Shown piece after piece: positions 36,533-45,271 of a stretch of DNA of 51,509 nt; position 1 is the stretch's first letter; each line of letters begins with the position of its first letter. The notes under the pieces were generated by a model. That model saw only the letters and a list, made by a program, of their open reading frames with translations, was not told the origin of the DNA and did no database searches. Both the position numbers and the translations under genes were made by a program. The DNA is from Verrucomicrobiota bacterium (GTDB taxonomy: Bacteria; Verrucomicrobiota; Verrucomicrobiia; Chthoniobacterales; UBA10450): contig JBKPLD010000089.1 in the NCBI GenBank assembly GCA_046731415.1, positions 1 to 51,509 of the forward strand, read 5' to 3'.

Positions 36533-38557
36533 ATGGCAACGATCCACGACGAAATCGACACCTGGGTGACTGCCGAACTGCACGGCGAGCTTTCTGAAAG
36601 CGAACGGAGCGCGCTTCATACGCACCTGGTCGATTGCGCCGCGTGCCGAAAAACCCATCAGGAAATCAAAACTATGAACAAAATTCTGGAAGAAACTCTC
36701 GCACAGGAAAAACCCGATCCGGTGTTTGAACAGCGCATGCTGGCTGGTTTTCGGAGTCGCGTTCCTCAACGAAGCGGACTTGTAAAACTGCTCGTCGATC
36801 TAATGCGCTTTCGCGCAACCCAAATCGCGGCAGTCGCCGCTGTGTTGCTCGGGCTTGTACAGATTGGACGCTTGGTCACTGGCGAAACGTTTAATGTGTC
36901 CCGCGGTCGTGAGCGCGATGCGGGAACGGAATTCGCCGCACCGCAGCCGCCAGAATCACGTCCAAGTCAGGCCGGAGCGCTGAGCAGATCAGAGCAGATC
37001 GGCGGGGGACGACCACAAGACCTTGCCATTGAGGCGCCGGCCCCGCCGGCCGCAGCCAGATCAAAATTCCGCGAAGAAGACAAAGCAGCTGCGACGGTTG
37101 CGCCGGCCAAAACCGCGCAGTCGGAAGCCAGTGATGTCGCAGCGAACGTAGTTCCAGAGAACACTACCGTTGGAAAAGAAGGTGCGGCAAGCACGGTTGA
37201 AACGCCCGCTGGGGAAGCGGCCAATCGCAAACTGATCCGCAACGCAACTGTCGAGCTGGAGATCGTCAGCTTTGATACCGCCGTCCAGAAGATCACTGCA
37301 TTCGCGAACGAAGAACGCGGGTATGTCGCTACGACGGATTCCGAGAAACAGGCAAACGGCAAACTGAAGGGCCAGGTTGTCGTTAAGGTGCTGCCGCAGA
37401 ACCTGGATCACTTTCTCCAAAAGATTCGAAGCCTTGGTGAATTAAAAAACCAGACGCTTGGAACTGAGGACGTGACCAAGGCATATTTCGATACCGATGC
37501 GCGCCTGAAAAACGCGCGCGTTATGGAGCAGCGTTTGATCGAGATGCTCAAGACGAAGACCGGCAAGGTCTCCGATCTGTTGCAGGTGGAAAAAGAACTT
37601 GGGCGTGTGCGCGAAGAGATCGAGAAGATGCAGGGCGAGTTAAAATACTGGGACTCTCAGGTTCAATTCGCCACCGTGACGATTTCGCTGGCAGAAAAGG
37701 ATATGGAAGAACCGGCGGCCTTCCTGTTGAGGGAGCGCGCTCAGCTGGCACTCTACGCGCCCGATGTCGAGAAGATTTACAACGAAATCAAAAGCACGGC
37801 CTCGCCAAAGGTCCAGATTACCAACGCGCAACTAAACCGTGACTATTCCGGCCGCGTCTCTGCGCAGGTGAGCATGTTGATCGCTCCGGAAGAAAGCGAC
37901 GGGGTCATTGGCCGTGTCAAAGCTGCCGGACGCGTGGAAAATTTCCAAACGCAGATCCAACGCATCGCGCAAGGTGGCACCGGCATGTCACCAAATGCCA
38001 GGACCAAGCGTGACAAGGTGGAACTCAACGTCACCATCTCTCGCGAGGAACAGGAGCAAGCTCTCCAGCAAACAAGCTTGCGCATTCGCACGTCGTCCGT
38101 GGACGACAAGGCAAAGCAGCTTCGAGCTCTCACGGAGAAACAAGGCGGACGCATTCGCAGTTCTACCTTCAGTCGCGATCCGGATGGCCGCGCAGTAGCG
38201 AATGTTTCTATTCGCGTACCGATGAAAAATTATGGGGCGCTCATGCAATCATTCGACTCGTTAGGCAAAGTCGAGAACGTCAGTGTGCAACGCCAGGACC
38301 GTACGGATGCGCAGGTCAACGAAGCAAACGCACCGGCGGACGTTTCGATCCAGGTTTACAGTCAGGGCAATATCGTTGCCGAAGAGAGCGGCTTGCTTGC
38401 CACGCTGCGGCGCACACTTGCGCAAAGCGCCGGCGCAATCGCGTGGAGCTTGCGCATGATTGGTGTTGCGGTCGCGTTTCTCGCGCCCTGGGCGATTGCT
38501 TTTGTCGCCGCTATTTGGATCACGCGACGCGCGATTCGCGCGCGATCGAAGCTGTAG
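36533..38557 (+). CDS. membrane anti-sigma factor (zf-HC2) fused to a large periplasmic DUF4349-like/coiled-coil region with a C-terminal TM anchor
   Basis: ATG 36533 lies 4 nt after the sigma stop. It has 'HLVDCAACRKTHQEI' (an HxxxCxxC anti-sigma zinc motif) and a TM helix around 'IAAVAAVLLGLV'. 'RKLIRNATVELEI...' to '...VREEIEKMQGELKYWDSQVQFATVTISL' resembles DUF4349 (from memory). There is a C-terminal TM segment 'MIGVAVAFLAPWAIAFVAAIWI'. Confidence 0.75.
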   Translation: MATIHDEIDTWVTAELHGELSESERSALHTHLVDCAACRKTHQEIKTMNKILEETLAQEKPDPVFEQRMLAGFRSRVPQRSGLVKLLVDLMRFRATQIAAVAAVLLGLVQIGRLVTGETFNVSRGRERDAGTEFAAPQPPESRPSQAGALSRSEQIGGGRPQDLAIEAPAPPAAARSKFREEDKAAATVAPAKTAQSEASDVAANVVPENTTVGKEGAASTVETPAGEAANRKLIRNATVELEIVSFDTAVQKITAFANEERGYVATTDSEKQANGKLKGQVVVKVLPQNLDHFLQKIRSLGELKNQTLGTEDVTKAYFDTDARLKNARVMEQRLIEMLKTKTGKVSDLLQVEKELGRVREEIEKMQGELKYWDSQVQFATVTISLAEKDMEEPAAFLLRERAQLALYAPDVEKIYNEIKSTASPKVQITNAQLNRDYSGRVSAQVSMLIAPEESDGVIGRVKAAGRVENFQTQIQRIAQGGTGMSPNARTKRDKVELNVTISREEQEQALQQTSLRIRTSSVDDKAKQLRALTEKQGGRIRSSTFSRDPDGRAVANVSIRVPMKNYGALMQSFDSLGKVENVSVQRQDRTDAQVNEANAPADVSIQVYSQGNIVAEESGLLATLRRTLAQSAGAIAWSLRMIGVAVAFLAPWAIAFVAAIWITRRAIRARSKL

Positions 38558-38602
38558 CGGCGCTCTATGAGCGCCGGCGGCGGTCACAGACCGCCGCTAC
38601 TG
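38552..38602. repeat. palindromic element, family B, compact copy (51 bp)
   Basis: The sequence is ctgtagcggcgctctatgagcgccggcggcggtcacagaccgccgctactgg. The anti-sigma stop TAG (38555-38557) lies inside it. Confidence 0.8.
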
Positions 38603-38671
38603 GAAAAGGGAATCATTCTTGCCCCCTCGGCAAACGAGTCATAGGTTACTTATATTTTCCGGAGGTTGCCG

Positions 38672-40474
38672 ATGAAATCTCAAGGCGGTATCAGCTATAG
38701 CAACGCGGCGGTCGCTGCTTGTCCTAAACATTTGCTCCAATTCGCAGTCGATCAGCGATACGACGATTACACATCGGTCGACCATGCGGTCTGGCGATTC
38801 ATCATGCGCCAGAACATTTTTTTCCTGAAGGAATACGCCCACAAGGTTTATTTCCAGGGTCTTCTCAACACGGGCATTTCGTTCGAGCGCATCCCGCGTA
38901 TCGAAGAAATGAACGATATCCTGGCGAAAATCGATTGGGGCGCGGTGGCAGTAGACGGTTTCATTCCGCCGGCGGCGTTCATGGAGTTTCAAGCCTATAA
39001 GGTGCTCGTGATCGCCTGCGACATGCGGCAAATACATCACATCGAATACACGCCTGCGCCGGACATTGTACACGAAGCCGCAGGCCACGCTCCAATCATT
39101 GTCGATCGTGAATACTCAAATTATTTGCAGCGCTTCGGTGAAGTGGGCGCGAAAGCAATGTCGTCCAGGAAAGATTTCGAGCTGTACCAAGCGATCCGCC
39201 ACTTATCGATCTTGAAGGAGCGCCCGAATGTCGATCCGAAGGAACTCGATGAAGCAACCAAACTGGTGGAACATCGCCAGAAAAATCTCGGCGAACCCTC
39301 GGAGATGGCGCTACTCTCCCGTTTGCACTGGTGGACCGTCGAATATGGGCTCATCGGTACGCTCGAGAATCCAAAAATTTACGGCGCTGGTCTGCTTTCC
39401 TCGATCGGTGAATCGGTCTCGTGCCTCGAACCTGAGGTAAAGAAAATCCCCTACTCTATCGACGCTCAGAACTACGCGTTCGATATCACTACGAGGCAAC
39501 CCCAGCTTTTCGTCTGCCGCGATTTTCAGCATCTCAAGGACGTTCTTGAAGAATTTGCCAGCAAGATGGCGTTCAAAGTTGGCGGACTCGAAGGCATCAA
39601 CAAAGCCGTTGAATGTAATAACACCGCGACCTGTGAATATTCATCCGGTCTCCAGGTCAGCGGGATTTTCACCGAGGTTATCACGGACGAAAATAATTCT
39701 CCCATTTATTTGCGCACAACGGGCAAGACCGCGCTGGCGTTCCAAAGCAAAGAACTCGAAGGGCACGGTATTGATTATCACAAGGACGGTTTTGGTTCGC
39801 CAGTCGGCAAATGGAAACAAACCTCAACGGCGCCAAAGGCGCTCACCAACGATCAACTGCACGCGCTTGGGATTGTCGAGGGTAAGAAAGCGAAGATTGA
39901 GTTTGTCAGCGGCGTAGTTGTGTCAGGAAAGGTTGAGAAAATTTTGCGAGGCGACGGGAAACTGTTGTTGATCACATTCTCAAACTGCAAGGCCAAGTAC
40001 CGTGACCAAGTCCTCTTCCAGCCCGAGTGGGGTGTTTACGACATGGCCGTTGGCGAACGAATCAGTTCGGTATTTAACGGAGCAGCAGATAAGGACGCCT
40101 ACAATCAGGTGGCGCTCGTTCCAAAGGAACGCACCATCAAGATTCCTTCTACGCCGGAGCGCGAGCGACTCGAGAATCTTTACGCTCAGGTCCGCAAGAT
40201 TCGCGAGAGCAAAACCGGTTATGAACGGCTTGGCGAAATTTGGGAGACACAGCAAGCCGAACATCCCGAAGACTGGCTGTTGTCGATGGAAATTTTTGAA
40301 ATCCTCGACACAACCGACCAACAGCCGGAATTGAAAGCCAGGATCGAGAAGTTTCTGAACGAGAAAAAATCGAAGAGCAAAGATCTGGCGACGCTGATCA
40401 GTTGGGGGTTCCGCCTGGTGAAATACCATAAGAAGCCGGAATACCAGTCTGCGTTGCACGGCTCGTCGAAATAG
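38672..40474 (+). CDS. phhA: aromatic amino acid hydroxylase (phenylalanine-4-hydroxylase-like), long form with a ~300-aa C-terminal extension
   Basis: ATG 38672 is preceded by GGAGG (38661-38665). It has 'PDIVHEAAGHAPII' (2-His iron ligands), 'HWWTVEYGLIG' (Glu ligand) and 'IYGAGLLSSIGES'. Residues ~300-600 have no family I recognise. Confidence 0.8.
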   Translation: MKSQGGISYSNAAVAACPKHLLQFAVDQRYDDYTSVDHAVWRFIMRQNIFFLKEYAHKVYFQGLLNTGISFERIPRIEEMNDILAKIDWGAVAVDGFIPPAAFMEFQAYKVLVIACDMRQIHHIEYTPAPDIVHEAAGHAPIIVDREYSNYLQRFGEVGAKAMSSRKDFELYQAIRHLSILKERPNVDPKELDEATKLVEHRQKNLGEPSEMALLSRLHWWTVEYGLIGTLENPKIYGAGLLSSIGESVSCLEPEVKKIPYSIDAQNYAFDITTRQPQLFVCRDFQHLKDVLEEFASKMAFKVGGLEGINKAVECNNTATCEYSSGLQVSGIFTEVITDENNSPIYLRTTGKTALAFQSKELEGHGIDYHKDGFGSPVGKWKQTSTAPKALTNDQLHALGIVEGKKAKIEFVSGVVVSGKVEKILRGDGKLLLITFSNCKAKYRDQVLFQPEWGVYDMAVGERISSVFNGAADKDAYNQVALVPKERTIKIPSTPERERLENLYAQVRKIRESKTGYERLGEIWETQQAEHPEDWLLSMEIFEILDTTDQQPELKARIEKFLNEKKSKSKDLATLISWGFRLVKYHKKPEYQSALHGSSK

Positions 40475-40545
40475 TTTGAGCAGCGCCGCGGCGCCACCGG
40501 AATTTGTGATGTCGAGCCATCTCTGGTCCTAGTTTTTAAGAGTTA

Positions 40546-40584
40546 GAGATTCCTCGACTTCACCGGGTTCCGCTCGGGAACGAC
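40546..40584. repeat. family A terminal-repeat remnant (inverted orientation)
   Basis: The sequence is gagattcctcgacttcaccgggttccgctcgggaacgac. A weak partner 'gtgatgtcgagccatctc' lies at ~40506-40523. Confidence 0.45.
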
Positions 40585-40615
40585 AGGCGGACTAGGCGTG
40601 GTTTAGTTTCGCTCG

Positions 40616-41956
40616 TTACTTCCCGACGACTAGACTTGAACCGTAAGCTCCGGATAGCTTTCCGCTTCGCGCAAAGTCGCGCATCATGACGAAGTAGCCC
40701 GGCGCATACCGCGTTGAAACACGCTCACCATTTGGGGCGACTTCGTACTCGGTCATTCCATGCTCGGCGTGAGGAAATAGTGCGAGCGTGATTGGTTTCC
40801 CTTCCGTAATCAGGATCCTGACGCGGCGGCTGGTCTCAGCGCTGGTCGCTTCGAGATCGTCCTCTCCGAGAATCCACAACTGTGGGGCTTTGACGGAGCG
40901 AAGCGTTGGCATGGGATCATAACGGAATGGCGTTCCCCAGATGAACTCCTTGCCCTTCTCTCGAAGCTCAGCTTCGGAGTACGGCAAAAAGAAGTGTGTA
41001 TAATTGCCATGCAGGTCTTTGTACCAAGGTTCATGTCGGTACTTGGCTCTTATAGCATCGAAACGTTCGAAGCCGTTGGTGAAATTGCTCTCGAATATCG
41101 CTTCGGCCGCGGATGCTACCTCCAGCGCTTTGGAAATTTCTTCCTGAGTATGACCTTTGAGGCGCATCTCAAGCGCAACCTCCTCTTGGTCTTCATCGAT
41201 GACGGAGACGGCCAGACCGAAGCTAACAATAACGAAATCGACCGGCGCGCGTGTCGCAGCGAGTGGCGCGACCCATCCGCCCTGGCTGCCGCCTTGATAT
41301 CCGATCCTGCCGCAGCGCGTACCCGCGATTCGCTTTGCTTCTCGCATCGCAGCGACGGCGTCATCTGCGAGTGTATCGAAATCCTGCGTGTATTTGCCTC
41401 CCGAGCCACCGGTCCCGCGCTTGTCATAAACAAAGACGCCGACGTTCTCGGCCGGTAACAGTCGTTGGAGCGCGTAGGATTCGCGCGCAGGTTCTCGTTC
41501 CGCTCCGTGAATGAGAACCACGATCGGAACCGGGTTTTCGCCTTTAGGCAGCACTAGTCGGCCAGCAAGCTTAATTCCGCCACGACCCTCAAACACTGTG
41601 TCAGTCACATCGAACGGGATCCGGGACGCCTTTTTGCCGTCGAATTGAATCCCACCCTTCGCACAGGTGGTGAACGACGCGGTATGACCGTCTGGATGAT
41701 CCGTCCACCCCAGCGTGCTTGTCCACGAGCCGTCGTGCGCCTGGTGCAAAACGCCGGTCGTCCCATCGAATTTACGCCAACGAAATGTTTTGTCTTCAGA
41801 TGGTGCGATGTCGACGATTCCTCCGTCCGGAAAGCGGTAAGCGCCTGCTTGGCAATCATCGCCGGTGCTTTCCGTCGCAAGAGCACCGCCGAAAGAGGCT
41901 GAGAGACTGAAAATGACAAACCCAAACAACAAGAAGTGAACCTTGAAACAATGCAT
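40616..41956 (-). CDS. secreted alpha/beta hydrolase (S9 peptidase / dienelactone-hydrolase-like)
   Basis: 446-aa ORF with a signal peptide, the nucleophile elbow 'IGYQGGSQGGW' and a C-terminal 'FPHAEHGM' (catalytic His context). Confidence 0.72.
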   Translation of the reverse strand: MHCFKVHFLLFGFVIFSLSASFGGALATESTGDDCQAGAYRFPDGGIVDIAPSEDKTFRWRKFDGTTGVLHQAHDGSWTSTLGWTDHPDGHTASFTTCAKGGIQFDGKKASRIPFDVTDTVFEGRGGIKLAGRLVLPKGENPVPIVVLIHGAEREPARESYALQRLLPAENVGVFVYDKRGTGGSGGKYTQDFDTLADDAVAAMREAKRIAGTRCGRIGYQGGSQGGWVAPLAATRAPVDFVIVSFGLAVSVIDEDQEEVALEMRLKGHTQEEISKALEVASAAEAIFESNFTNGFERFDAIRAKYRHEPWYKDLHGNYTHFFLPYSEAELREKGKEFIWGTPFRYDPMPTLRSVKAPQLWILGEDDLEATSAETSRRVRILITEGKPITLALFPHAEHGMTEYEVAPNGERVSTRYAPGYFVMMRDFARSGKLSGAYGSSLVVGK

Positions 41957-42066
41957 TTCCCTTTATGATGCAATCTGGTCCTGTTCCAGATTCGAAAATT
42001 CGCGACAACAGGATGAATGATCGCGATGGGCCACGCCAAAAACTCAGGTGAGATAGAGCGCGACTT

Positions 42067-42915
42067 TTAGATTCTTTCGTCTTTGAAGTGCCGTTTGCCT
42101 TTCAGCGCCTTTGCGTATTCGTCCTTGCTCAGAATATTCTCATCGAGTTGCATGTCGGTGCGAAGAAAGTTTTGGAACCAATTTTCGATTCGCTGTCGAT
42201 CTTTGAGCACTTCCTCCGTAATGTAATTGGCGTCGATGTTAATGCAGATTGCGCCAACGATTCCGAATTCTTTTCGTTTGATTGGAATCGTGGTGCATTT
42301 GAATTTTCGCGCTCCGATGTTCAGCTCGTAATTCAATTTGTCTTCGTTCAACAGCTGTCGGCGTTTGAGATCAATTAGCAGATTCGTTGTACCATCGCGT
42401 AAATGGCGCCCCGTGACATTGTTTTCGAGCGTGATCAACGAGTGCGCCGGATCTGCCAGGTTGTGTAGCAAAATCTCGATTCCGGTATTCGGAAACGATT
42501 TCCCAATCAAACGCACAATCCGCGCGTAGTTTTCGAGAAATTCCTGTGTGTCGTCGGCGATCGTTTTGCCGTCGTATTTCTCGAACAACTGCGCGTAAAC
42601 CTTTTGTTCAGCTGGTTCGAGTTGTGCGCGCACGTTATTTTGTTCTCCGATGAAAATGAGCTGCCGTGCGGCGGTGTGATCCCGGTTCTTGAGGAAGTAA
42701 TGCATGCCCAACCGAAAATCTTTCAGGCTGAATTCTCCGAAGTTTTCGCGCGTGACCGTGAATGGATAGAAGTCGTAATCTTCCAGATTCCGGCCAAATT
42801 TGCGGCGTTGTTCCTTGTACTTGCCCCAAACAAACCCTATCGTCAGAAAGAGCACCGACACAATGATCGACGCGACGACGTTGACGCTGAGTTCGCTTTG
42901 CAGGGCTTTGATCAT
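42067..42915 (-). CDS. membrane-anchored YheO-like PAS-domain protein (candidate sensor/regulator)
   Basis: 282-aa ORF with the N-terminal TM 'VVASIIVSVLFLTIGFVW'. 'EILLHNLADPAHSLITLENNVTGRHLRDGTTNL' and 'GIVGAICINID' resemble the YheO-type PAS domain (from memory). I saw no obvious C-terminal HTH. Confidence 0.5.
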   Translation of the reverse strand: MIKALQSELSVNVVASIIVSVLFLTIGFVWGKYKEQRRKFGRNLEDYDFYPFTVTRENFGEFSLKDFRLGMHYFLKNRDHTAARQLIFIGEQNNVRAQLEPAEQKVYAQLFEKYDGKTIADDTQEFLENYARIVRLIGKSFPNTGIEILLHNLADPAHSLITLENNVTGRHLRDGTTNLLIDLKRRQLLNEDKLNYELNIGARKFKCTTIPIKRKEFGIVGAICINIDANYITEEVLKDRQRIENWFQNFLRTDMQLDENILSKDEYAKALKGKRHFKDERI

Positions 42916-42937
42916 GGGAAAAACATTTTCGGTGCCG

Positions 42938-43018
42938 CTCTAGCCATCGGTCTGCAGCCGATGCCTGCCTGGAACGCAGTCCTTAGCGAAAATGGCTCAC
43001 AGAGCTGTGGCTACAACG
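42938..43018. repeat. degenerate family B element (reverse orientation)
   Basis: The sequence is ctctagccatcggtctgcagccgatgcc...ggctcacagagctgtggctacaacg. Its reverse complement aligns with ctgtagcggcgctctatgagcgcc...cggtcacagaccgccgctacag. Confidence 0.5.
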
Positions 43019-43043
43019 TACTGCTGACGCCGAGACTAACGGG

Positions 43044-43736
43044 TTACAGATTTCCGGCCAAGCTGGAAATACTGATATTCTCCAGTGTAACGGCTGCGGG
43101 ACGAGAGAGCGCGTATGCCACGGCACTGGCGACATCCTCTGGCGAGATCATCTTATGTCTAGGCCATTTCCCTTCGATCTGAGTCCAGATGTCGGTGTCT
43201 GTCGCGGCGGGGTAAACGTTAATCACTCGTATCTTGCGGTCGCGCAATTCTTCGCGCACGCATTGCGAGAATCCTTCAAGCGCGAATTTGCTCATGCAAT
43301 AAGCGCTCCAGTTGGCGAACCCAGTCTTCGCCGCGATGGAAAGTATGTTGACGACGCTGGAGCCAGGCGGCATCGCCGGGGCAAGGTGCTGCATTAACAT
43401 AAACGGCGCGGTGATATTGACTCCCACCGTTTGCTCCCATTCAACCGCTGTGATTTCACAAAAGGGCTTCACGACCGCGATGCCTGCATTGTTAACGAGC
43501 AGATCCACGGGCTTCGTTCCAACCTGCTCAATGAGGTCGGAAACACCGGACGGGACAGCAAGGTCATGGATCAGGCGAACCACACGCCCGCAATGCTGCT
43601 TCACTGCATTGCAAACGTCGGCTAAAGCAACGGTATCGCGTCCGTGGAGAAGCAATTCGACATTCGGTGCCGCCAGTTTCTCGGCAATTGCGCGACCAAT
43701 TCCGCGACTCGCCCCGGTGATTAGATAGCGTGTCAT
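43044..43736 (-). CDS. short-chain dehydrogenase/reductase; by context a candidate sepiapterin reductase or dihydropteridine reductase
   Basis: 230-aa ORF with 'LITGASRGIGRAIAEKL', 'NNAGI' and 'YCMSKFA' (Tyr-x3-Lys). The pterin role is inferred only from the neighbouring genes. Confidence 0.8.
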   Translation of the reverse strand: MTRYLITGASRGIGRAIAEKLAAPNVELLLHGRDTVALADVCNAVKQHCGRVVRLIHDLAVPSGVSDLIEQVGTKPVDLLVNNAGIAVVKPFCEITAVEWEQTVGVNITAPFMLMQHLAPAMPPGSSVVNILSIAAKTGFANWSAYCMSKFALEGFSQCVREELRDRKIRVINVYPAATDTDIWTQIEGKWPRHKMISPEDVASAVAYALSRPAAVTLENISISSLAGNL

Positions 43737-43799
43737 AAAAATTGCCAGAGCGCGACGGTCACTCGACCCTGAGCTCGTGGCCGAAGGGCCGGGCGCGCC

Positions 43800-43820
43800 G
43801 GACGGCTCGGCGAGCCGTCC
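43800..43820 (-). terminator. perfect 9-bp stem / 3-nt loop hairpin (ggacggctc-ggc-gagccgtcc) just downstream of the PTPS gene
   Basis: Read directly from the sequence. There is no U-tract, and the GGACGG...CCGTCC stem motif recurs in the family C repeats. Confidence 0.3.
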
Positions 43821-43831
43821 CTATCATTGCG

Positions 43832-45043
43832 TTACATTCGCCGCAAGGTAAACCGGTTATTGGCTGTTTCCCATAAGCGCAGCCTAACGAGTTGTTGATT
43901 CACGCGATTGTCGATCTTCGGCCAGAGCGCGCGGACGATGTTCTCCCCGGTCGAAGGCGCCTTGCGGAAATCTTCTGTTTCCAGATCGAGATGCCGATCC
44001 CGCCACGGTTCCAACGATTTCTGTATGGCGTTCCTCAACGCAACAAAATCGTAGAGCGTTCCGCTGCGCTCATCGTAGTCGCCGCCGATTGTAGTTTCCG
44101 TCAGATAACCATGGCCATGACCCAGCGGATTGTTGCACTTGCCATAAAGCTTTGCGTTTTCGGCATCCGACAGAGTCGCGGCGTACAAACGGTGTGCAGC
44201 ATAAAATCCCATCTGCATTCCAAGAAACACCCTTCCGTTCTTCCAAACCTCGGCAAAAAAATCTGCGCGCTCGTGCAGGCGCACGCGATCCAGCAGCGCC
44301 ATCGAGCTCGCACGTTGGTAGATGTAACCCGCCAAACTCTCCGTCGTGATGGGACGGTTGGCCAAACCAGCTACATCGTCATTGAGATAACGGTGGTCAA
44401 GCTCGTCGGTTAAACGACGCAAACAAGCATCGATCGCGTCGTAACGGACCAGCGGTTGGACAGTGAAGGCTTTCGCCGATCGGTAGGTCAGTCGAACGCG
44501 ATAATTATGCCCGTGAATGGAAGTGGCCGATCCAAACATACGCGCGTTTTCATCAGCGTTTAACCGGGGCGACATCGTTTTGCGTGCCGCTGAAAATTCG
44601 AACCAGTAATTCGCCTCGCAGGCGCCGTTGGAGTAAAAAGTCGCGCTACGCTCGGGCGACTCAGTCAGATGACAGGCAACGAGCTTAGCATTGTCGTCGG
44701 AAAACGAAGAGGCAACATCGACATACAGTTGCTGCGCGATATTTTCGGCGGTCGGAGGAACGTCACGGAAGGAAGGATTGTCTTCGTTCAGGAACTTGTG
44801 ATCAAATCGCTGCCGCACAATTTTGCCGGCACGCTCCTTGATTTCGCTGATGTTAATCAGCATTCCCGTATTCGAATCAACGGGACCGGCGAACACAAAA
44901 TAGGCTGCGAAATTGCGACCGCTCCCGTGGCGCGCGTTCGTTTCGGGACCAAAGGCGGCCAGATTTTCGTTGTCGCTCCACTGGGCGACATGCAAGCGGC
45001 GAGAAGCCGAAAATTCGAGACGCTTGCTGACTGTCAGGAGCAT
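43832..45043 (-). CDS. 6-pyruvoyl-tetrahydropterin synthase family protein with three tandem PTPS/T-fold repeats
   Basis: 403-aa ORF with three ~134-aa repeats. Repeat 1 has FSASRRL...FGPETNARHGSGRNF...DHKFLNED...TAEN. Repeat 2 has FSAARK...FGSATSIHGHNY...DHRYLNDD...TTES. Repeat 3 has FYAAHRLY...YGKCNNPLGHGHGY...RDRHLDLE...TGEN. Confidence 0.8.
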   Translation of the reverse strand: MLLTVSKRLEFSASRRLHVAQWSDNENLAAFGPETNARHGSGRNFAAYFVFAGPVDSNTGMLINISEIKERAGKIVRQRFDHKFLNEDNPSFRDVPPTAENIAQQLYVDVASSFSDDNAKLVACHLTESPERSATFYSNGACEANYWFEFSAARKTMSPRLNADENARMFGSATSIHGHNYRVRLTYRSAKAFTVQPLVRYDAIDACLRRLTDELDHRYLNDDVAGLANRPITTESLAGYIYQRASSMALLDRVRLHERADFFAEVWKNGRVFLGMQMGFYAAHRLYAATLSDAENAKLYGKCNNPLGHGHGYLTETTIGGDYDERSGTLYDFVALRNAIQKSLEPWRDRHLDLETEDFRKAPSTGENIVRALWPKIDNRVNQQLVRLRLWETANNRFTLRRM

Positions 45044-45082
45044 GATTCAGCAAACACGTTGCTGGTCATTGCGCAACTTATC

Positions 45083-45216
45083 GGAAGTCAGGCATCTTGT
45101 CGCCAGAGGACGCGTTTGCCGTGGCGAACCTGACTGGACGGGCGGCATCTTGCCGTCCATGATATTTCGACAAGCGAGCCGCTTGTTACCCAAAACAGGC
45201 TAGAAGCATGTCTTCC
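45083..45216 (+). repeat. family C structured repeat, copy 1 (134 bp)
   Basis: The sequence is ggaagtcaggcatcttgtcg...gtggcgaacctgactggacgggcggcatcttgccgtccat...ctagaagcatgtcttcc. Its first ~78 nt are ~85% identical to copy 2 and the last ~17 nt are shared. Confidence 0.8.
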
Positions 45217-45223
45217 AAGAATT

Positions 45224-45243
45224 AGTCAAACATTCTTTTGACT
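45224..45243. promoter_or_regulatory. 20-bp palindrome AGTCAAA-N6-TTTGACT, candidate ArsR-family operator upstream of arsR-like gene
   Basis: agtcaaacattcttttgact has perfect 7-bp arms and ends 29 nt before the ATG at 45272. A near-identical site lies at 45978-45997. Confidence 0.5.
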
Positions 45244-45271
45244 TACTCGGAATCCTCATATCTTAAAATCA

